Assembly (NCBI GenBank): GCA_020137815.1
Contig: CM035352.1
Location: 4,960,001 to 5,024,000 of the forward strand
DNA: 64,000 nt
Source: Hormiphora californensis
Lineage: Eukaryota; Animalia; Ctenophora
Direction: 5' to 3'
Both the position numbers and the translations under genes were made by a program. Below the pieces are notes generated by a model. That model saw nothing but the letters and a program-made list of their open reading frames with translations. It had not been told where the DNA came from and did not search any database. Each line of letters begins with the position of its first letter. The stretch's first letter is position 1. Positions 25,232 through 40,663 of the stretch are shown here, one piece after another.

Positions 25232-26085
25232 ATGGACAAACGGACAATCAGAGTGACCGGTAATTATGGGGAGGTCGTGCCCTGTGACCGCGTGGTTTTT
25301 GTTATCTCCTGTGTGAGTACTAAAACAAGCGCGGAAGAGGCAAATGAGAGTGTTGACAAGCGACAAAAGTACATAACACAATGCTGTATAAATGAAGGAG
25401 GAAAGGATTTAAAAGAGAACTCACTTTTGTCTAAAAATGGCGAGATGTTTACCTTCATAAAAGGTTTGTTATGGCCCTGGGCCCTTAACCTCCTTCGATT
25501 TACTTGCATTGTATGAGTGATTGAATCTATTAAGCAATGTAATTCTTTCAGAAACAAGGGTTGTCCTGAATAGTGCTGAGAAGTGCGAGACGCTTCGTAA
25601 TCGGTTTGTGGAAAAACTCGATAATTCAATCAAAATACACGACTTTCTGTTTGGGTTCAAGGAAAAGACTCAGGCTGATACAAGGTTTGTGCGATGATCA
25701 TCTCAGCTAATTTTTATCCCCATTTTTAATTTTGGTAACCTCCCTCCTCCTCCTCCTCCTCCTCATTTTCAGTAAGCGGGCCTTCACGAACGCGTGCAGA
25801 GTGGCCCATGACAAAGCGGTCCATTTGTGTAACACTATTGATGTGAAACTGGGGGAGTGTGTGCAGATAGAAGAGTTGAACTCAGATTGGGTGAAAGATT
25901 CAAATGTAAGTAAACCCGAATATATAACAAGTCCCAGCTTTCACAAAAACGGTGTTGTTACTAATATTACAAACCGCTCAATTGGGCTGGCAGATGATTC
26001 ACCATTATCTCTCTAGATGGCTAACGATTTCACTGAAAGGGAGTACCGGTGTACGGTAACAGCGGAATACCAACTGATCTCTTGA
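25232..26085 (+). CDS. IRAK1BP1: SIMPL-domain protein, IRAK1BP1-like (4 exons)
   Basis: Exons 25232-25463, 25552-25684, 25773-25905, 26017-26085 join in phase. RTIRVTG..PCDRV..STKTSAEEANESVDKRQKYITQ, FVEKLDNSI and ACRVAHDKAVHLC..KLGECVQIEE resemble the IRAK1BP1/SIMPL pattern as I recall it. Confidence 0.75.
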
Positions 26086-26484
26086 ACCCATTTCTCCCAA
26101 ACTAAATAACCACCAAGCAGCTTGGTGAACTCAGTTTTTATTTTGACGAACACGATCCGAGAGTTTTCTCAATTGGACTGTCGAAAATAGATTGTGAAAC
26201 AAAATGAAAGTGACCAGTAAAAAAGTGTGCATGATTTTTTGTAAAAACTTTCTGAATTTGATAACCGATTGTCATTTTGTTTTTCATAACATCCGAGTTT
26301 TCACTTTCACTGATTCTCATCAACAATCAGATATTCACTGTACTGTTCAGTCCTAACTTATATAATCAGTATGTAGGTTTTTGTAAAATATTGTCTCTGT
26401 CCTTTTTTTCTAAAAACATGAGTTTCTCTATCCAAACAAAAGCCCTTGAAATTATTTTATTCTCTAACCCAATCCCTCGAAATA

Positions 26485-27824
<1,340 letters not shown>

Positions 27825-27888
27825 TATAAGCCCTTGTAAATTCATCCCTTCATATCATAACAGAGGTGATGTAGAGCTACCTGCTGTA

Positions 27889-30800
27889 ATGTTGGAGAGT
27901 GAGGAACATAGCACGCTCTTTCCTGCTGGAAATACCACAATACTTGACCCTGAGCATGAAGAGGATAACCCTTGTGAAAATGAGGTAATCAATTAGTTGG
28001 TTAATTAATTATGTAGTTAATTAATTAGTTGATAAATTAATTAGTTAGATACTATTTCAGTTCTTTTGTCACATTTACCTTCCCGTAATCAGCCACCATC
28101 CTCCACAGATAAGAGATGCACTGTGTAAGGCGTTGGATGATGATGATATAGAGGAAGAGTGGGTGCAAGACCAGGAAAACATCCCTCCAGCTCCCCCGAC
28201 TACATCCTCCCATCAACAGGGCGGGTCTAAACATCATAGCAATGGGAACCATAACCAGTCAGGAAATAGTAATAAGAGCTTTGGAAATACTTTCAACAGC
28301 CATCAAAATGTAAGATATGTTGTCAAATTAATAAGTTGTGAAAATATTTCACAGAGATTTGGACAAAGGCAGTATATTGTTCCATGATATAGAATTATTT
28401 AATTTGGACCAATAAATTAGTTAATTAATTAATGTAAATATCTTTCTAGGGCCTGAAACACGCCTACCAACATAATGGCGGTCAGTGGCCCATGGCACAA
28501 CCACCTCTCCACCCGTATCTAAAGGTGGGCCACTACCCCGTCCCAGCACCCTACCACCCCGGATACCCCCCTCCATACCACCACCCTCCATTCATGTACC
28601 CTCCCCCGGGTAACTTCCCCGCGGGAGGATTCGAGAGCGGGGGAACCTTTGATAGTCGAGATAGCAGTGAGGTGACGGGTAACAACACGGAACAGAGTCG
28701 AGATGAGGATTACAACAGCACCAAGAACTGGGAAAGTCAATGGTAACTAATTAGTTAGTAGTCAATTAAATAATTAGTCAATTTGAATGGTAACTAGTCA
28801 ATTTATGAATTTAAATACCGACTTGAAAAATCCCAAAACCTATTCCTGACTACTGGTAGTAAGTTACATCTCACATAATATTTCTCCCTCTCAGTGAGAG
28901 TCCTGGTTACCATGGTAACAGTTTGCCGCTGGATAGTGAGGTTTTTCCAGAAGGATCCTCAGAGATTGTACACCGGCCGGAACAACTAAACGCTCTTTAC
29001 CGTGCTAATGAGAGGTGATATAGTGAGACCAGACAACGATGACAGACAATTGACAACTACAGATGACAAAAAGATAGAAATAGAGATGACAGACAGACTG
29101 TCTCTCAATCTAACTTCATGATGATATAGGAAAGTTGAGGAGATAACGCAACAGTTAGCTGAAACCCAGAAAGAAATACATCAACTGAGGCACTCCTGTG
29201 GGAGTTTAGAGGCTGAGAAACGGATCCTCGAATCACAGGTCTATAATCGATACTCTACAACAGTTTTCTTGCTTTATTCAGCCCTAAATTCCTATCATTC
29301 TGTTTTCAATTTAGCACTACACCATTTCCATACAATACTAGAAAATACACCCTGTATAAATCCTTCCTTCCCCACACAGTTATCACAGAGTGCAGTGAAA
29401 GTGAAGGACCTGGAGGAGACTGCAGAGAGGGAGAGATACGGAAGGGAGTCAGAGATGAAGAGTAACGGAGAGTTGAACGAACAAATTATCCAGTTACAAT
29501 TGCAGTTACAGGTTTGTGAGGGAATAGAATAGTAGGTAAACATTTCAACCAACTTTTATGACTTCCCAACCTCTACCAATAACTCCCAATTTGTGTATCG
29601 ATACAAAATGTATCCTATAGACTGCAGACAAAATGTATCTGTATAGACTGTAGAGCGTAGTTTCCAATTAAATGCACTTGTTAGTAGAACCACGTCGTCA
29701 CGAACCATTCTGACGAACCATTCTCTTCTAGGAGCGGTCTAGTGAGGTGGAAAGATTGAGTTACCAACTAAAAGACTCCGTCTCAAGAAAAGAATCAGAG
29801 AACTACGAATCAGCTCTGAAGCGGCTCCGAATTGAGTCTGAACAGCAAATTACAGAGGGCAAGAAGCGGCTCGACGCTGCTAAGCGGGATATTTATCAGA
29901 AGGATTTGGAGGTTGAGAAGTTGAGGGTGGAATTACAGAATAGTGTTCGGAACAAGATGACTAGCTTGGAGGGGGAATGGAGAAGGAAGGAGGGAGAGCT
30001 GAAGTTAGCACTTGAGGAATTATTATTGGCACTTCCAAAAATGAACATAGTTGACATGAAACTGTAAGTGCTGTTTGTTTAAAACCTCTATAAATTGGCT
30101 AAATGTTTCGAGGATATTGCTCCATCTCAAACCACTTTCCCATAAAAGTCAGAAGAAAATCATTGCCTTACGACCATCGTACTATTCCTCCTCTCTCTCT
30201 CCAGACCTCTGCTAATTATACCATCTCTCCTCTCCAGACCTCTGCTAATTATACCATCTCTCCTCTCCAGACCTCTGCTAATTATACCATCGCCCTCTCC
30301 CCAGACCTCTGCTAATTATACCATCTCTTCTCCCCAGACCTCTGGTATCAGAGCTACATGAGAGTGACATGTCAGTCCTAGCCGGGCATGTATCCACCAT
30401 AACACGATGCCTCTGTGACTGTGAGGAATCACCTGCCACCCTGGCCTCTCAAATAGAGGACCTGAGGAGTGAATGTGATGTACTTCGACATACAGCTGCC
30501 CAAATGCAGGTGAGAGAGTGCACATGACTGTAACTTCGTGTGCACGTAGCCTGGTTCGGAGAGGGCAGTCTTTTGAGAGACAATGTAAACCATGGAGAAA
30601 GGAGATATATTCAAAGAGATGTTCAAAGAGATATATTCAATATACATGTCCGCTATCTTGTTAACAACAGCTGTTAACTCTGCATGTATGTATGTTCTAA
30701 ACCCCCTCCCAATCTCCTAGGATAGAGTTGTGAGCAGTGAGCGCCGTGAGCAGGAGGTTGCTAGTGGGAGTGACAGTAAGGAGCGGCAGATATCCTTCCT

Positions 30801-33800
30801 GCAGGAGGAATTGGCACGCTGCCAGGAGAAGGTTCAGACACTTCATAAGGAGGTCAATACGGCGGAAACACGGGCTGATAATGCCATCTCACGGGAGAGA
30901 GGTGAGCGCCGCTGTAGTATATACTCTGTTTTATGGAATAGAGAATGTAGGGAGATAGTAAGTTTTTTGTTAGAAATGTCCTGACTACTGGATGACTATT
31001 TCTGTTTGCCCCATATTTTAGGAATCCCATATTTTAGCACCCCTGTTTCCTACACACATAGTGACACCCTTGTCCCTATTATACAGTGAGTGTGTAGTGT
31101 AACAGGGAGGTAATATTATAATTTGGGAATTGTGCAACACCAGTACGTGTTCATATGTCAACTAGCGGGCCAATAGGTGTTCGATCATCAACATTCTTTC
31201 CCCTCCCTTCAAAAATAATGTGAATGAAAGCTTTTTTCTCACAATCTCTGTTTTTCACCTCTCACTCTCTTTTTTTCTCGTTCAAAAAGATGCACTAACT
31301 AGGGCGGGGATATACAAAGGGCGAACATACATATTTCAAACATATTTGCTGACTACCGACAGCTTTGTCGGTAACGTAGGGTAGCCACTGGCTATTCTGT
31401 AGATTGTGCAAACACGGTGCAATGAATTGAGATGCACATAAATCATTCCAAAAACATTTAAGAAATAGTTTAAAACATAATTTTGGGAGAATATAATATG
31501 CATACTTTCAAGTTTCAACCGGGGGGGGGGGGGCGGCTGAAGTTTTCCACCCTACTTTTTGAGTTTTTGAAGTTTTTGAAGTTGACTTCAAAAACTTCAA
31601 AAACTCTAAACTACTTTTATATGCTATCAGTGACTTTTATTACACTTGTTTAGGTTAGTTTCATGCTTAATACATATTGTGGCAAAGTTATCCGTCCTTG
31701 TCTGCCCTTTTTCTAGCACAAATTAGGATATTTACAATGATTCCTAGCCATGAAATCCAAGGCACAATTTGGTGTAAAAAATTTAATTTTCTTGTAAAAA
31801 CAAATTTAATTTTCATTCTCAAAAACTCAAAAAATTGCCTAGAAATTGCTAAGAAAGTGTTTAAAAATTATGAATTAAATTTTCAAAAAAATTTTTTGGG
31901 GCCACACCCTTTTTTCGAGTTTCACAAAATGCAAATTTTTTATGAAGGGAGTAGTGAAAAAACTATGGACACTAAAATCATCAGCGGCCTCGAGTTAGTG
32001 GGGGTATGTGCCAAAATGAAGTCTCCACCTCATCTAATTCGAGGGATAATGGGATATTTTCATAATTTTGTGTGTGCGCATTACTTTTTTTGGGCTAGAC
32101 CAGTTTTAATGGTTTCTGAGTGTCTATAGGATTTTTAAAGGGGTGTATCTTGTTCGGAATATGCAAGTTTATATAAGAGTTATGAAGCAACATAGGGCCT
32201 ATCTCCAACGGTTTAGGAGATATGAGTTTTTGAAGTTTTTGAAGTTTTTGAAGTTTTCCACCCTAAGTTTCTGTTTGAAGTTTTTGAAGTCGACTTCAAA
32301 AACTTCAAAAACTTCAGCCGGCCCCCCCCCCTTTCAACCCTGGCTTAGATTCATTAATAAAGTAACACATTATAATTCAGGTGCCCTAGAGAAGCTAGCT
32401 GACGCAGAAGAGAGATGTGAACAGGCCATTGTTGAACAAACAGCCACGTTCAAGAGGCTGAGGGGGGTTGAGGAAACCAACAGACTTAGCAAACAAGGCC
32501 TGGAGAACAGAATCGAGGAACTAAGGTAAGGGGTACTTGTAACTTAAAGGTAGCTATGAAACATGACAAATTTATTGGTTACAAAGTCACCCCTCTGTTC
32601 GCGTTGAGGGGTAATTTTTCTACGAAACAAAGTAAGCATTGGGTTAAAATGTCGATTAACCCACTCTCTCCCCAGGTTAAAACTAACGGAAGCAGAGTCG
32701 GAGGTAGATAGAAATAAGGAGATGTACATAACCCTAAGTCAGGAGAGAGAGTCATCTAGTGATAGGGTGAGGGTGGAGTTTGAATCACGGTTAGAGAACT
32801 TTCAACAAAAGGTAACAGAGAGGGGTATGAATAATGATTATAGAGAAAGGGGTTTGGGGGTGAGGGATTGGGGTTGAGGAGTGTTTACGGATTAGGGGGA
32901 GGGGTGGTAGCAGAGAGGTTTATCGGGTTAGAATGAGGTTGAGAATGAGGTTTGGATAGGGGGATTGGGGGACGAGTAACAGATTGGGTGGTGGTTCAAG
33001 TGGTTTAAAGTTGTCTACTCCAGACACTATTTATCAACCAGGAAATGACACTGAGCAATATATTTCTTGCATATTCTATTCTCACATATATTGTCTTAGC
33101 ACGTGATCGTGATTACTTCACCACAATCTAAATTTTTCACTTTTCTATTCTTCTCCCTTAGACGTCCGACGAAATGCGTTCCCAGCTAGCATCCCTTCGT
33201 GAAAAGTATGAACATGAAACTACCGAACTTCTAAACCAGAAAGAAGAGGAAATGTTATCACAATTTGGTAATAATAATGACAAAGAATTTGCGGCTCTAT
33301 AAATACTTACCAACCATATTTTATTTAAGCAATATCAATTCTTCAGCCGAGGAGAGAGACCAACTAGAACAGAAATTCTCTTCAACGTTCCAGGATCGAT
33401 TGGAACAAGAATTGGAACAGTCCCAAAAACAATGGAGCGGCAGTACCCAGGTGTCTACTCTCAGTACTTTAGAGGTATGGACCTGCTCGTGTACAGATCA
33501 GATCTAGATGCTCATAACTCATATTATAGATATTATTTTCAAGTCTGTTTTTTCGTTGCTCGAACATTGTTTTTTTCAGTGTTCCCGGTTTTTGTAACGG
33601 TCAGTGTGTATGTAACGCGCGACCCTCTTTCACTATGCAGTGTTCTCGCTGTGGGAGGGGTGTTGGGGGACGCGCAGCGCCGCGCACACGAGGCGAGCTT
33701 ACCGCCAAAATTCCGTAATTTGCTGCTTTTGTTGTACATGCAACAAGCATTCTGTGCAGCATGCTGCAGGATCCTGCAGAGTAATTGAGGGCAGTAATTA

Positions 33801-36800
33801 GATAATCTAGTTTGGAAATTATATAATTCAATTCTACTTGTTTCCCGTTCTTTTGGTGCGCTTTAAACATGGCAACTTATGTAATGTACAAAATGGTATG
33901 TTTTTGGGGAGAATGAGGAATTAGCGACTCCAGCTCTTAACTAATATTGTTTCAGTTTGTACATCGTGGTTGTCAGACCGATAAACCGGCTCTCGATAAC
34001 AAACACTACGGCAAGATATGGCAGAAAGAACGGGAATCTGAGTTGGCCATGGCTCGTGATACCGCTGTAGCCCTAGCCAGAGCCTCCTGGGAGAAGGAAA
34101 GTGAGAAGGCCATTAGGACACGAGTGGATATCATAGTTCGGTATGTGTGTGGGGAGGAGGGATCAGGGGTCTTATTATTGTATAGCCACAAAATGGAGGA
34201 ATAACACCAACCATTGTCCTTGCACTTTCAGGGTTGTGTACTCACTACTCCCACAACATCGTAATATCTTGTAGTCACCTCAATGTGTGAGCGAAATGAA
34301 CTGTTTAATAATCAACCCCCTCCCTGGTATAGATCTAAAAAGGAGTCCTGGGCCAGAGAAGCAGCCCTTTCTTCCGAAACAGAAGCGGAAAAGTTAAAAT
34401 GCCAGTTAAGAGAAGCAGTCTCACAGACGGAGGAGATAAGAGGCCGGCTGGAGCAGGAATTTAAGGAAAATCTCAACAAAGCAAATGAGGAGTACCAGAG
34501 TGAGGTTGATAAGCTGTTGGCTGTCGAGTATGAGAAATCTTCTGAGGCTGAAAAACGGTAAGTTGTGATTGTGTGTGGCTCTAGGTTATAGTGTACGAAA
34601 CACTGCCATCAGAACGGTGTTGCAGTATGTTTTGATCGTTTTATCATGTGCTTCCAACTATATTCCCACCAACAATTTAATTAGGAATGACATCCCTAAT
34701 TAGATTGTTCAGTTTGGTATGAGTTCTTTGTTTGTTGCAGTCGTGTGTATGAACATTAATTCAAGATGTACACTGAATTAGTCTCCCTAAATTGAACCCC
34801 CCCCCCCCCCCCCAGAGCGGCCAAATTAACGGAGGATCTTGCTGTACTCCGAATCGAACTGGAGACCTTGAAAAGGGAGCGAAAGAGTGCTGGGGATCGC
34901 GAAATAAAACAGCAAACAGAAATTAAGGAACTTACCCGCCTCTTTGATCAGGTAGTTGTCTTCTTCAGACCACCCGGGCCCCCCACCACCCACAGTACAA
35001 GTTGCACAGTACACTCTTTATATAGACTAGAGTACCCGTTTGCTGGGAACCCGTGACCTGGTAAATGGTAATTTATCCTCATATAACCGGTGACATTTGT
35101 GTTTGATTTTTAAAAGATAATTTGTTTGTTCCTTAGAGCAATGAGTCTCATAGTAGCTGTCAGGCCAATGCTCTGACCACAGTTCTCGCGAGAATGGGTC
35201 AGGCCAATGCTCTGACAGCATAGTAGGAGCGGTTAGATCAGCTCGTGCAGAAAGTCGCGCGCCACCCTAGGCCTAATCTCAGGTTACTCTCACGGCTTCA
35301 TTTCGCATCCAATCCAAAAGTGACCTTCATCAAACCTGTAGATCTCCTCAAGGAGAAGCGATTAGCGAAAACTTGAGGGACATTTCTTGATTGGATGCGA
35401 CCTCGAGGAGCTATGACATTGCGCAAAAAGGGGTGGCACGCGACTTTAACCACGTGGTGATCTAACCGCTCCTACTATCATACACATAGGGTTTTTGAAA
35501 AAACGGCCATTAAAGTCGAATTTTTTAATCAAGGGACAGGGGGCCGCGCATTCAGAGGGGTCGCACGGCTTTGTATTTGCGCGTGATATTCGAGATCAAG
35601 TTCCTGGCAATCTTAAGACTTGAACCCGGAAGCGTTGGAAAGATAATTTTAAGACCTTTTCAACGCAACCAAGACCAAGTTTTTATCTTATCAGGAACAG
35701 GAGATATGAGAGAAGATGTTTAGCACGCGCAAAAAGACTTTTGTAATGCGCGGCCCCTGTCCCTTGATTAAAAAATTCGACTATACAATTTTGGCGAGGC
35801 GGGTAAATCATTACTGTAACGCGCGAATTTCCCCAAAAAAGCGCTGCTTTTTTACGCCGCGCGGAACCTAAAATTACACGCGCAGTGTAAAATTTTAAAA
35901 TTCATTGAAAATTTCGTCGCCAAAAAAAAGTCGACGAAAAATTCCAAATTCGTGAATTATAAGAACTCCGGTCAGTTCTCATCTTGCCAATCCGTTTTCC
36001 GGGAACCCCTGGCCAAAGGACATTAAAATCACATACCGACCAAGTTTCATATCGATTGGATAAGATTTTGGGTGGCTACGGTGAAAAATATCGTATTTTT
36101 GGCATTTTTAACTTTCCCGACGCGATTTACGACCCTTAAACATTGAGTTACGGGAAATCGCCATCAAGTAAAATGAAGTTCAAACGATTCTCTTTCCCCA
36201 CTGTGGCGTTAGTTTTTTGATTTAGAGCCGTTTTCAGGGTCTTAGAAGCGTTTGAAAAATGTAAGTCTTTTTGTCGCAATGACGTCACCCCGTGACGTCA
36301 CTGCTGTAAAGATCGGATCAAAAATCTGAGCCCGTACTTACATCCGCCTTGGTCCAAGGTACCCGTGTACAAATTTTCAGGGATCTAGCTCAAAAACTGT
36401 GGGAGGAGTTTGAAAAACCAATTAACGGACAGACTGACTAACATTATGGAATTTATTATATGGATAATATGTGTGCCTGATTTATTGTTTGGTTTTTTGC
36501 TTTGTCTGAAGGATAACGCGCCCTGATTTATTAAATCCCTAACATTTACTCCTCATTACTCCCACCCCTTACTCAACAACCCATTACTACAGTTAAAAAG
36601 ATCAGAAAACAAACTGCGGGAGAGTTTCAGTGGCTCAGAGGGGACAATTTTAGAACTCAAACAGAAATTAGCTGATTCTGATAAAAAGGTTTGATTTAGA
36701 AATAGGGTAAGCGGTAAATACTCACTCGGTTCTTCACATTTTTTGGACGTTTTTGGCCATAACTCTGCCATTTCTTGACCAATTTGCAAAATCTTGGGCT

Positions 36801-37849
36801 CATTGGAAAGAATACATTAAGAGCTTTCTAATGAGCTTTAAAAAAATGAAAATCGGTGCAAAATGTGCGGTGCTATGGCGAAAACGCGCATTTTACGCCA
36901 TAACGCCGCGCATTTTGCGCCGATTTTCATTTTCTAGGGCTCATTTTAAAGGTCTCAATGTCCTCTTTCCAATGAGCCCAAGATTTTGCAAATTGGTCAA
37001 AAAATGGCTGAGTTATGGCCAAAAATGTGAAGAACCGAGTGAGTATTTACCGCTTACCTAGAAATAGTGTTAATATTTTGTTGTTCACCTAAGGGCTAAG
37101 CCCCCCCCCCCCCCCCCCCATGTAAGCTAAAACATGAAATTTATTGATTTTCTTGGTAAACTTACTAAAATACATCATTCCTACAGGAAGAGCAAATCAA
37201 AAAATACTGCGAGGAGATAGTATTGAAAATGAAGAGCGAGCTGATGAAGTACGCTGAAAATGCTAATAAACAAGCCCTGGAATATGTCCAGAGAGCCGTA
37301 CAAGAGGGCAAGGACTCCACGGCTACAAAATACAAGAAGTATTACCAGAAATTGTTGTACTGTTTGACTGAGAAACATCCGACTGTGAAGGGCACTGTGA
37401 AACACCTCCAACAAACATTACCTAAACAGGTAAAATATCTAACTTTGTTGAGTTACTCAACAAATCTTGTGTTAGTTGATACTCAACAAAACTTGTGTTT
37501 ATTCCCCTATCTTATGTTCTAACCCTCCGGGGCGCGGTGAGAGAGAGAGTCGAGCAAGGCACCCCCCCCCCCATTTTGTGTCAAATCAAGCAATAAACTT
37601 CTAACACCATCCCGCCCCTTCCAGGTGTCAAGAACTCCAAACAACACGATCAGCTCATCAGTACCTCGCGGCTCGCCCCGACCCGACCTCACTACCAGCT
37701 CGACAGCACCTCGCACTGACCTCACTACCTCCCAAGACTCGGCATTCTGTTCCCAGGGGACCCCAGAATCGTGGTTACAAAGGGATGTGAGAAGGAAGCT
37801 GGATATGGTTGGACCAGATAGTCTGAGAGACAATTCAAATATTGTGTGA
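27889..37849 (+). CDS. CEP152: Centrosomal coiled-coil protein, CEP152/Asterless-like (multi-exon)
   Basis: Exons 27889-27984, 28109-28309, 28450-28742, 28894-29014, 29130-29238, 29380-29511, 29732-30063, 30338-30509, 30721-30901, 32381-32525, 32676-32811, 33162-33267, 33347-33450, 33956-34140, 34333-34557, 34816-34951, 36593-36688, 37187-37429, 37625-37849. Acidic N-term (ALDDDDIEEE); EQLNALYRANERKVEEITQQL and MKSELMKYAENANKQALEYVQRAVQEGKDSTATKYKKYYQKLL resemble conserved CEP152 blocks. Confidence 0.72.
30195..30344 (+). repeat. 33-bp tandem repeat containing branch point, pyrimidine tract and 3' splice site
   Basis: Unit ACCTCTGCTAATTATACCATCTCTCCTCTCCAG; last copy is the exon 30338 acceptor. 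Confidence 0.9.
31521..32331. mobile_element. Non-autonomous DNA transposon with poly-G/poly-C termini and 8-bp TSD TTTCAACC
   Basis: TTTCAACC at 31513-31520 and 32332-32339; ends G(n)CGGCTGAAGTTTT / AAAACTTCAGCCGGC(n); subterminal TTTTTGAAG repeats. Confidence 0.88.
35220..35478. mobile_element. MITE with TIR ATAGTAGGAGCGGTTAGATCA
   Basis: Exact 21-bp inverted ends, extending imperfectly inward. Confidence 0.8.
35514..35782. mobile_element. MITE with TIR AGTCGAATTTTTTAATCAAGGGACAGGGG..CCGCGCATT
   Basis: ~38-bp inverted ends. Confidence 0.8.
36706..37058. mobile_element. Palindromic Mutator(MULE)-like MITE, ends GGTAAGCGGTAAATAC, 9-bp TSD TAGAAATAG
   Basis: TSD at 36697-36705 and 37059-37067; long TIRs. 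GG ends plus 9-bp TSD fit MULE (superfamily is inferred). Confidence 0.88.
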
Positions 37850-38129
37850 GGGACTTTCAGAGTGAAATTGATAAGTTTGACATGACCAACTTTTTTAGTT
37901 CAATTATTATGTGAGGACTCAATCTCTCATGTTGTTTTGACGAGTGCCAGATCATTATGCAGTATTTAATATGATTTGACGTCATACGATGCTTGGTATG
38001 CAAGGGGCTAATATGTAAATTATTAGGTACAAAGCCCCGTTAATTGTGAACTCAGTGAAGTGAATATATTTATTGATTCTTAACTAGAAATAAGTCCTGT
38101 GTTTGATACTTCGTAATAATATCAATGGA

Positions 38130-38800
38130 TTCTGGTCAGGCTGAGGCATCTGCTGTCTGGAGTCGCCAGACCCCGGTTCGATTTTCAAAGCTGAGCGTGC
38201 GACAGTGCGCTTAGATCAAGGCAGAGCATCCGGTCACTGGCATCTCCTGTCAGAACTTGTTGAGTAACAAGTCAGAACCTGTCTGGCGCCGTCGTAATAC
38301 ACAGTGCGCTCAGATGGGGTCGGAGGCCTGACAGCTTCTTGCTCTGGCCCTGTCTGGCAACACGGACCCCAGCTGAGCGCACTTTCGCATGTGAGAATCA
38401 AATCGGGATCTGGCGTGAACCGTGGTGAGAGCTGTCTGGCGCCAGATGCAGACAGCTCTGACCACGGTTCACGAAATGAGAATAGGGTCAGGCCAATGCA
38501 TGCTCTGAAAGTTCAAAAGGATAGGTTCCCTATTCCTTCAAGTTCACCGCAACATCCCGCTGACAGTGTGCCCAGATTTAGACTGTATGGCGGCGCCATA
38601 CCCCAATGTGATTCTCAGATGGGGTCACGGCGCCAAACAGGATTTAGATAGGATCGGCCAAACGCCGCCAAAGACTGTCTGGCGTCGCGGACTGACTCGA
38701 TCTGAGCGCATTGTCAGGTTTTGAGATCGAGAATCAAAACGGGGTCTAGCCTGAACCAAGAGGCACCGCCTGACTGAGTCAGTCAGACGGTGCCTGAACA
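38130..38800. repeat. Degenerate array of CTGTCTGGCGCC / GCGCTCAGA motifs; related segment at 20435-20500
   Basis: Motifs recur in both orientations; CTGTATGGCGGCGCCATACCCCA is shared by 20435 and 38583. Confidence 0.55.
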
Positions 38801-39169
38801 AAACAAATAGAAACAAGAGGGTTTACCAAAAGGATTTTAAAGACCACACACAGTTGACAGTAATATGTGATAAACTTGGAGATCATGGAGATAAGAGACA
38901 TGTCAACATGTTAATCAAGAGTTAATAAAAGTAGAAAACTAATACCAGCTACCCGGATAAATTAACTATCAGTATCTCGCCAAAACAGTATCAGCTGCAT
39001 CGCGCTGACCCTCCGAAGAGTGGAGCGAGGTTGCCTGCGTAGCAGACAAGTCCCTTAGGGGATCGCCCTGTGGGCACGCGAACATGAGGGGCGCGACGTG
39101 CCCAAGGAGCGAGGTCAGGCATTTCAAAATCTGATGCTCCAAAGTCTAAAACATATTAGACAATTTTGA

Positions 39170-39368
39170 CCGGTGATCTAAGTTTTCACAGTACACCGTT
39201 TACACCGGTTACAGTGTACTGTGAAAACTTAGACCACTGCAAAAACACTAGTAATTATAAAGTAAAATACCGTTGCAGTGGTATGTGAAAAATTAGACAC
39301 TTTCTAGTCACACGCACACAGTGTGAACATTACAAACATTACAAACTGAGTGAACGGGATAAAGATTA

Positions 39369-39421
<53 letters not shown>

Positions 39422-39610
39422 GTGTGTGTGTGTGTGAGAGAGAGAGATAGGAAAAGAGAGAATCGAAGGCAGAGAGGGAAAGCAGATGCAGGACGCTCAT
39501 TGGTGTGGTGCCATCACGTGACGATCACGTGACCTATAGTTGCAGAGGGGAAGAAAAGATAAGGGTTAGGGCGTGTGCAGTGTGCACTGTGCAGTAGTGA
39601 CTACTACACA

Positions 39611-39661
<51 letters not shown>

Positions 39662-40020
39662 TTCTCTTTCTCTCTCTCTCTCTCACTCAATCTTTATCTC
39701 TTTCACTCAGTTTGTTTCCAAAATCATCTAATAAAATTAGATGACTGCTTTTACATGCTCTATTACACAACAATAATGTTAAAGATTCTTTCACTTTTAG
39801 GCCTCGCAGGCTCGGCCCAAAAGTACAACTACAGAGCTCGCAGGCTCGCTCAGTAGTTACACTTAGCGTGCCTCGCAGGCTCGGCAGCTAAGTAAAAGGA
39901 TCTACCTCGACCTATCGGTCTCGGTTCATTATTGTTGTATTTAGAGCACTCGGCCTTCGGCCTCGTGCACTAAAAATTAATAGACCATTTTAACCAGTCA
40001 TCTAATCATATAATCTCATC
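39170..40020. mobile_element. Hairpin-rich interspersed element with internal (AG)n/(CT)n, homologous to 21209-23790
   Basis: Hairpin 39178-39232; stem-loop array 39790-39975. Boundaries approximate. Confidence 0.6.
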
Positions 40021-40180
40021 TCACACGCGACAGATACATCATTATACATAACATCAAAAAATAGACTTGCTGAAGACACTGTCTTAGACATCGCAGGGTA
40101 GAAATCGAGCATTTGCCATAAAAGTATCTGGATTCTGGGCAGTGCAGTATCTCTCTCAAAAAATTGTCATTTCAGAGTCT

Positions 40181-40663
40181 TACAGTGCTGCTTGTAGTCA
40201 AATTACCGTAATGAAAATACAGTAAGGAGACGCGCACGGTGCATAACGCGCGGCAAAAAGTTCATGTGTCAGCACGTACTAGCGCCCTGATTGGTCACGG
40301 TTGCGTGTCGTCTTACTGTATCTTCGTTTTCCATTACCGTTTTCCCACTACAAGCGACCGTGTTAGTTACACGGTCGCTTGTAGTGGGAAAACGGTATAG
40401 GTATATAGGTATATAGGTACATATATAGGTATATTATATACCTACTTATAATAGGTATATAGGTAATGGTATAGGTAATGGTATAGGTATATAGGTAATG
40501 GTATAGGTAATGGAAAACTGAGATACAGTAAGACGACGCACAACCGTGGCCAATCAGGGCGCTAGTACGTGCTGAACACATGCACTTTTTGCCACGTGTT
40601 ATGCAACGTGCGCGTCTCCTTACTGTATTTCTATTACGGTAATACGACTACAAGCAGCACTGT
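40181..40663. mobile_element. Two tail-to-tail copies of a ~170-180-bp MITE (CAGTGCTGCTTGTAGT...ACTACAAGCGACCGTG), one expanded by (GGTATA)n; third copy at 49367-49529
   Basis: Three recognisable copies in the window. Confidence 0.85.

Noticed and set aside
31677-32129. 150-aa ORF inside the G-terminal element as a possible transposase
   Set aside because: AT-rich, no recognisable DDE or DNA-binding motif, too short.
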